Positions 63,153 through 63,628 of a stretch of 63,628 bases of DNA are shown here, in pieces. Each line of letters starts with the position of its first letter. The first letter of the stretch is position 1. The DNA lies in contig NC_068982.1 of NCBI RefSeq assembly GCF_001194135.2, positions 75,011,518 through 75,075,145 of the forward strand. The letters are read 5' to 3'. A model generated the notes under the pieces. The model made no database searches and was not told where the DNA came from. It saw only the letters and a list, made by a program, of their open reading frames with translations. A program made the position numbers and the translations under genes. This DNA is from Octopus bimaculoides. Lineage: Eukaryota.

Positions 63153-63628
63153 TTATTCTGTCAGACTCTTTTGCTGAACCACTAGGTTACGGGGACATAA
63201 ACACACCATCATCAGTTGTCAAGCAATGCCAGAGGGACAAACACAGACACACACACATAAACATATACATACATATGTACATATCAGGGATGTGCCATCT
63301 AAGTAGGCAAGGCAGGCAGTGCCTACCCTGAATAAAATAGATCAATAGTAATATTTTCCTTCAATGGTAAAATATGCACCAAGTTCAATAAAATTATGCA
63401 GGTTACTCTGATTACTATGCATAAAATACAAAATATTTTATTTTTTTGTAGATTAGGTAGGCATAATTTGCCCCTGCCTTTCAATCTCAGTATTAAAGCT
63501 ACAAATAGTATTGCTGTAGTACATGTTCTGCATGCACTCCTACAACAACCTTTTCTTTATGTGCTGTAAAGGCAGAAGGAAATCTGCCTCCAACTCAGTT
63601 GCATGCCTGTGTTTCGCTTTTTTTTTTT

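Noticed and set aside
179-63331. Most ORFs in the six-frame track (poly-YI, CV, HT, poly-I/N/L and X-containing ORFs)
   Set aside because: Translations of dinucleotide and trinucleotide microsatellites, N gaps or SINE bodies; no coding signal.

Overview
AT-rich, microsatellite-dense animal genomic DNA with five assembly gaps. I recognise the interspersed repeats from memory as Octopus-type (coleoid cephalopod); no database search was run. Most of the window looks like intron sequence of a large minus-strand gene. One good coding-exon candidate lies at 52913-53017 and a possible alternative start exon at 1190-1219. The gene cannot be named. The rest is decayed LINEs (RTE, R4/Dong, CR1-like, I-group), several modular tRNA-derived SINE families, and DNA-transposon relics (Chapaev3-like, hAT MITE, Helentron-type HINE). 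Almost all ORFs in the supplied track are microsatellite, gap or repeat artefacts. Three things stand out. (1) A set of minimal, Penelope-type hammerhead ribozyme motifs. One is essentially intact, sits in the tail of a tRNA-headed SINE flanked by an inverted copy of its own 3' end, and has a loopless palindromic helix III that should work only as a dimer. The four best-preserved motifs are all antisense to the inferred host gene. (2) Two foldback elements built around telomeric (TTAGGG)n repeats in opposite configurations. One is a mismatch-free 244-bp palindrome with a 9-bp target-site duplication. (3) A CpG-retaining, promoter-like block near 42.2 kb with an RFX X-box, and a second near-perfect X-box at 32009.
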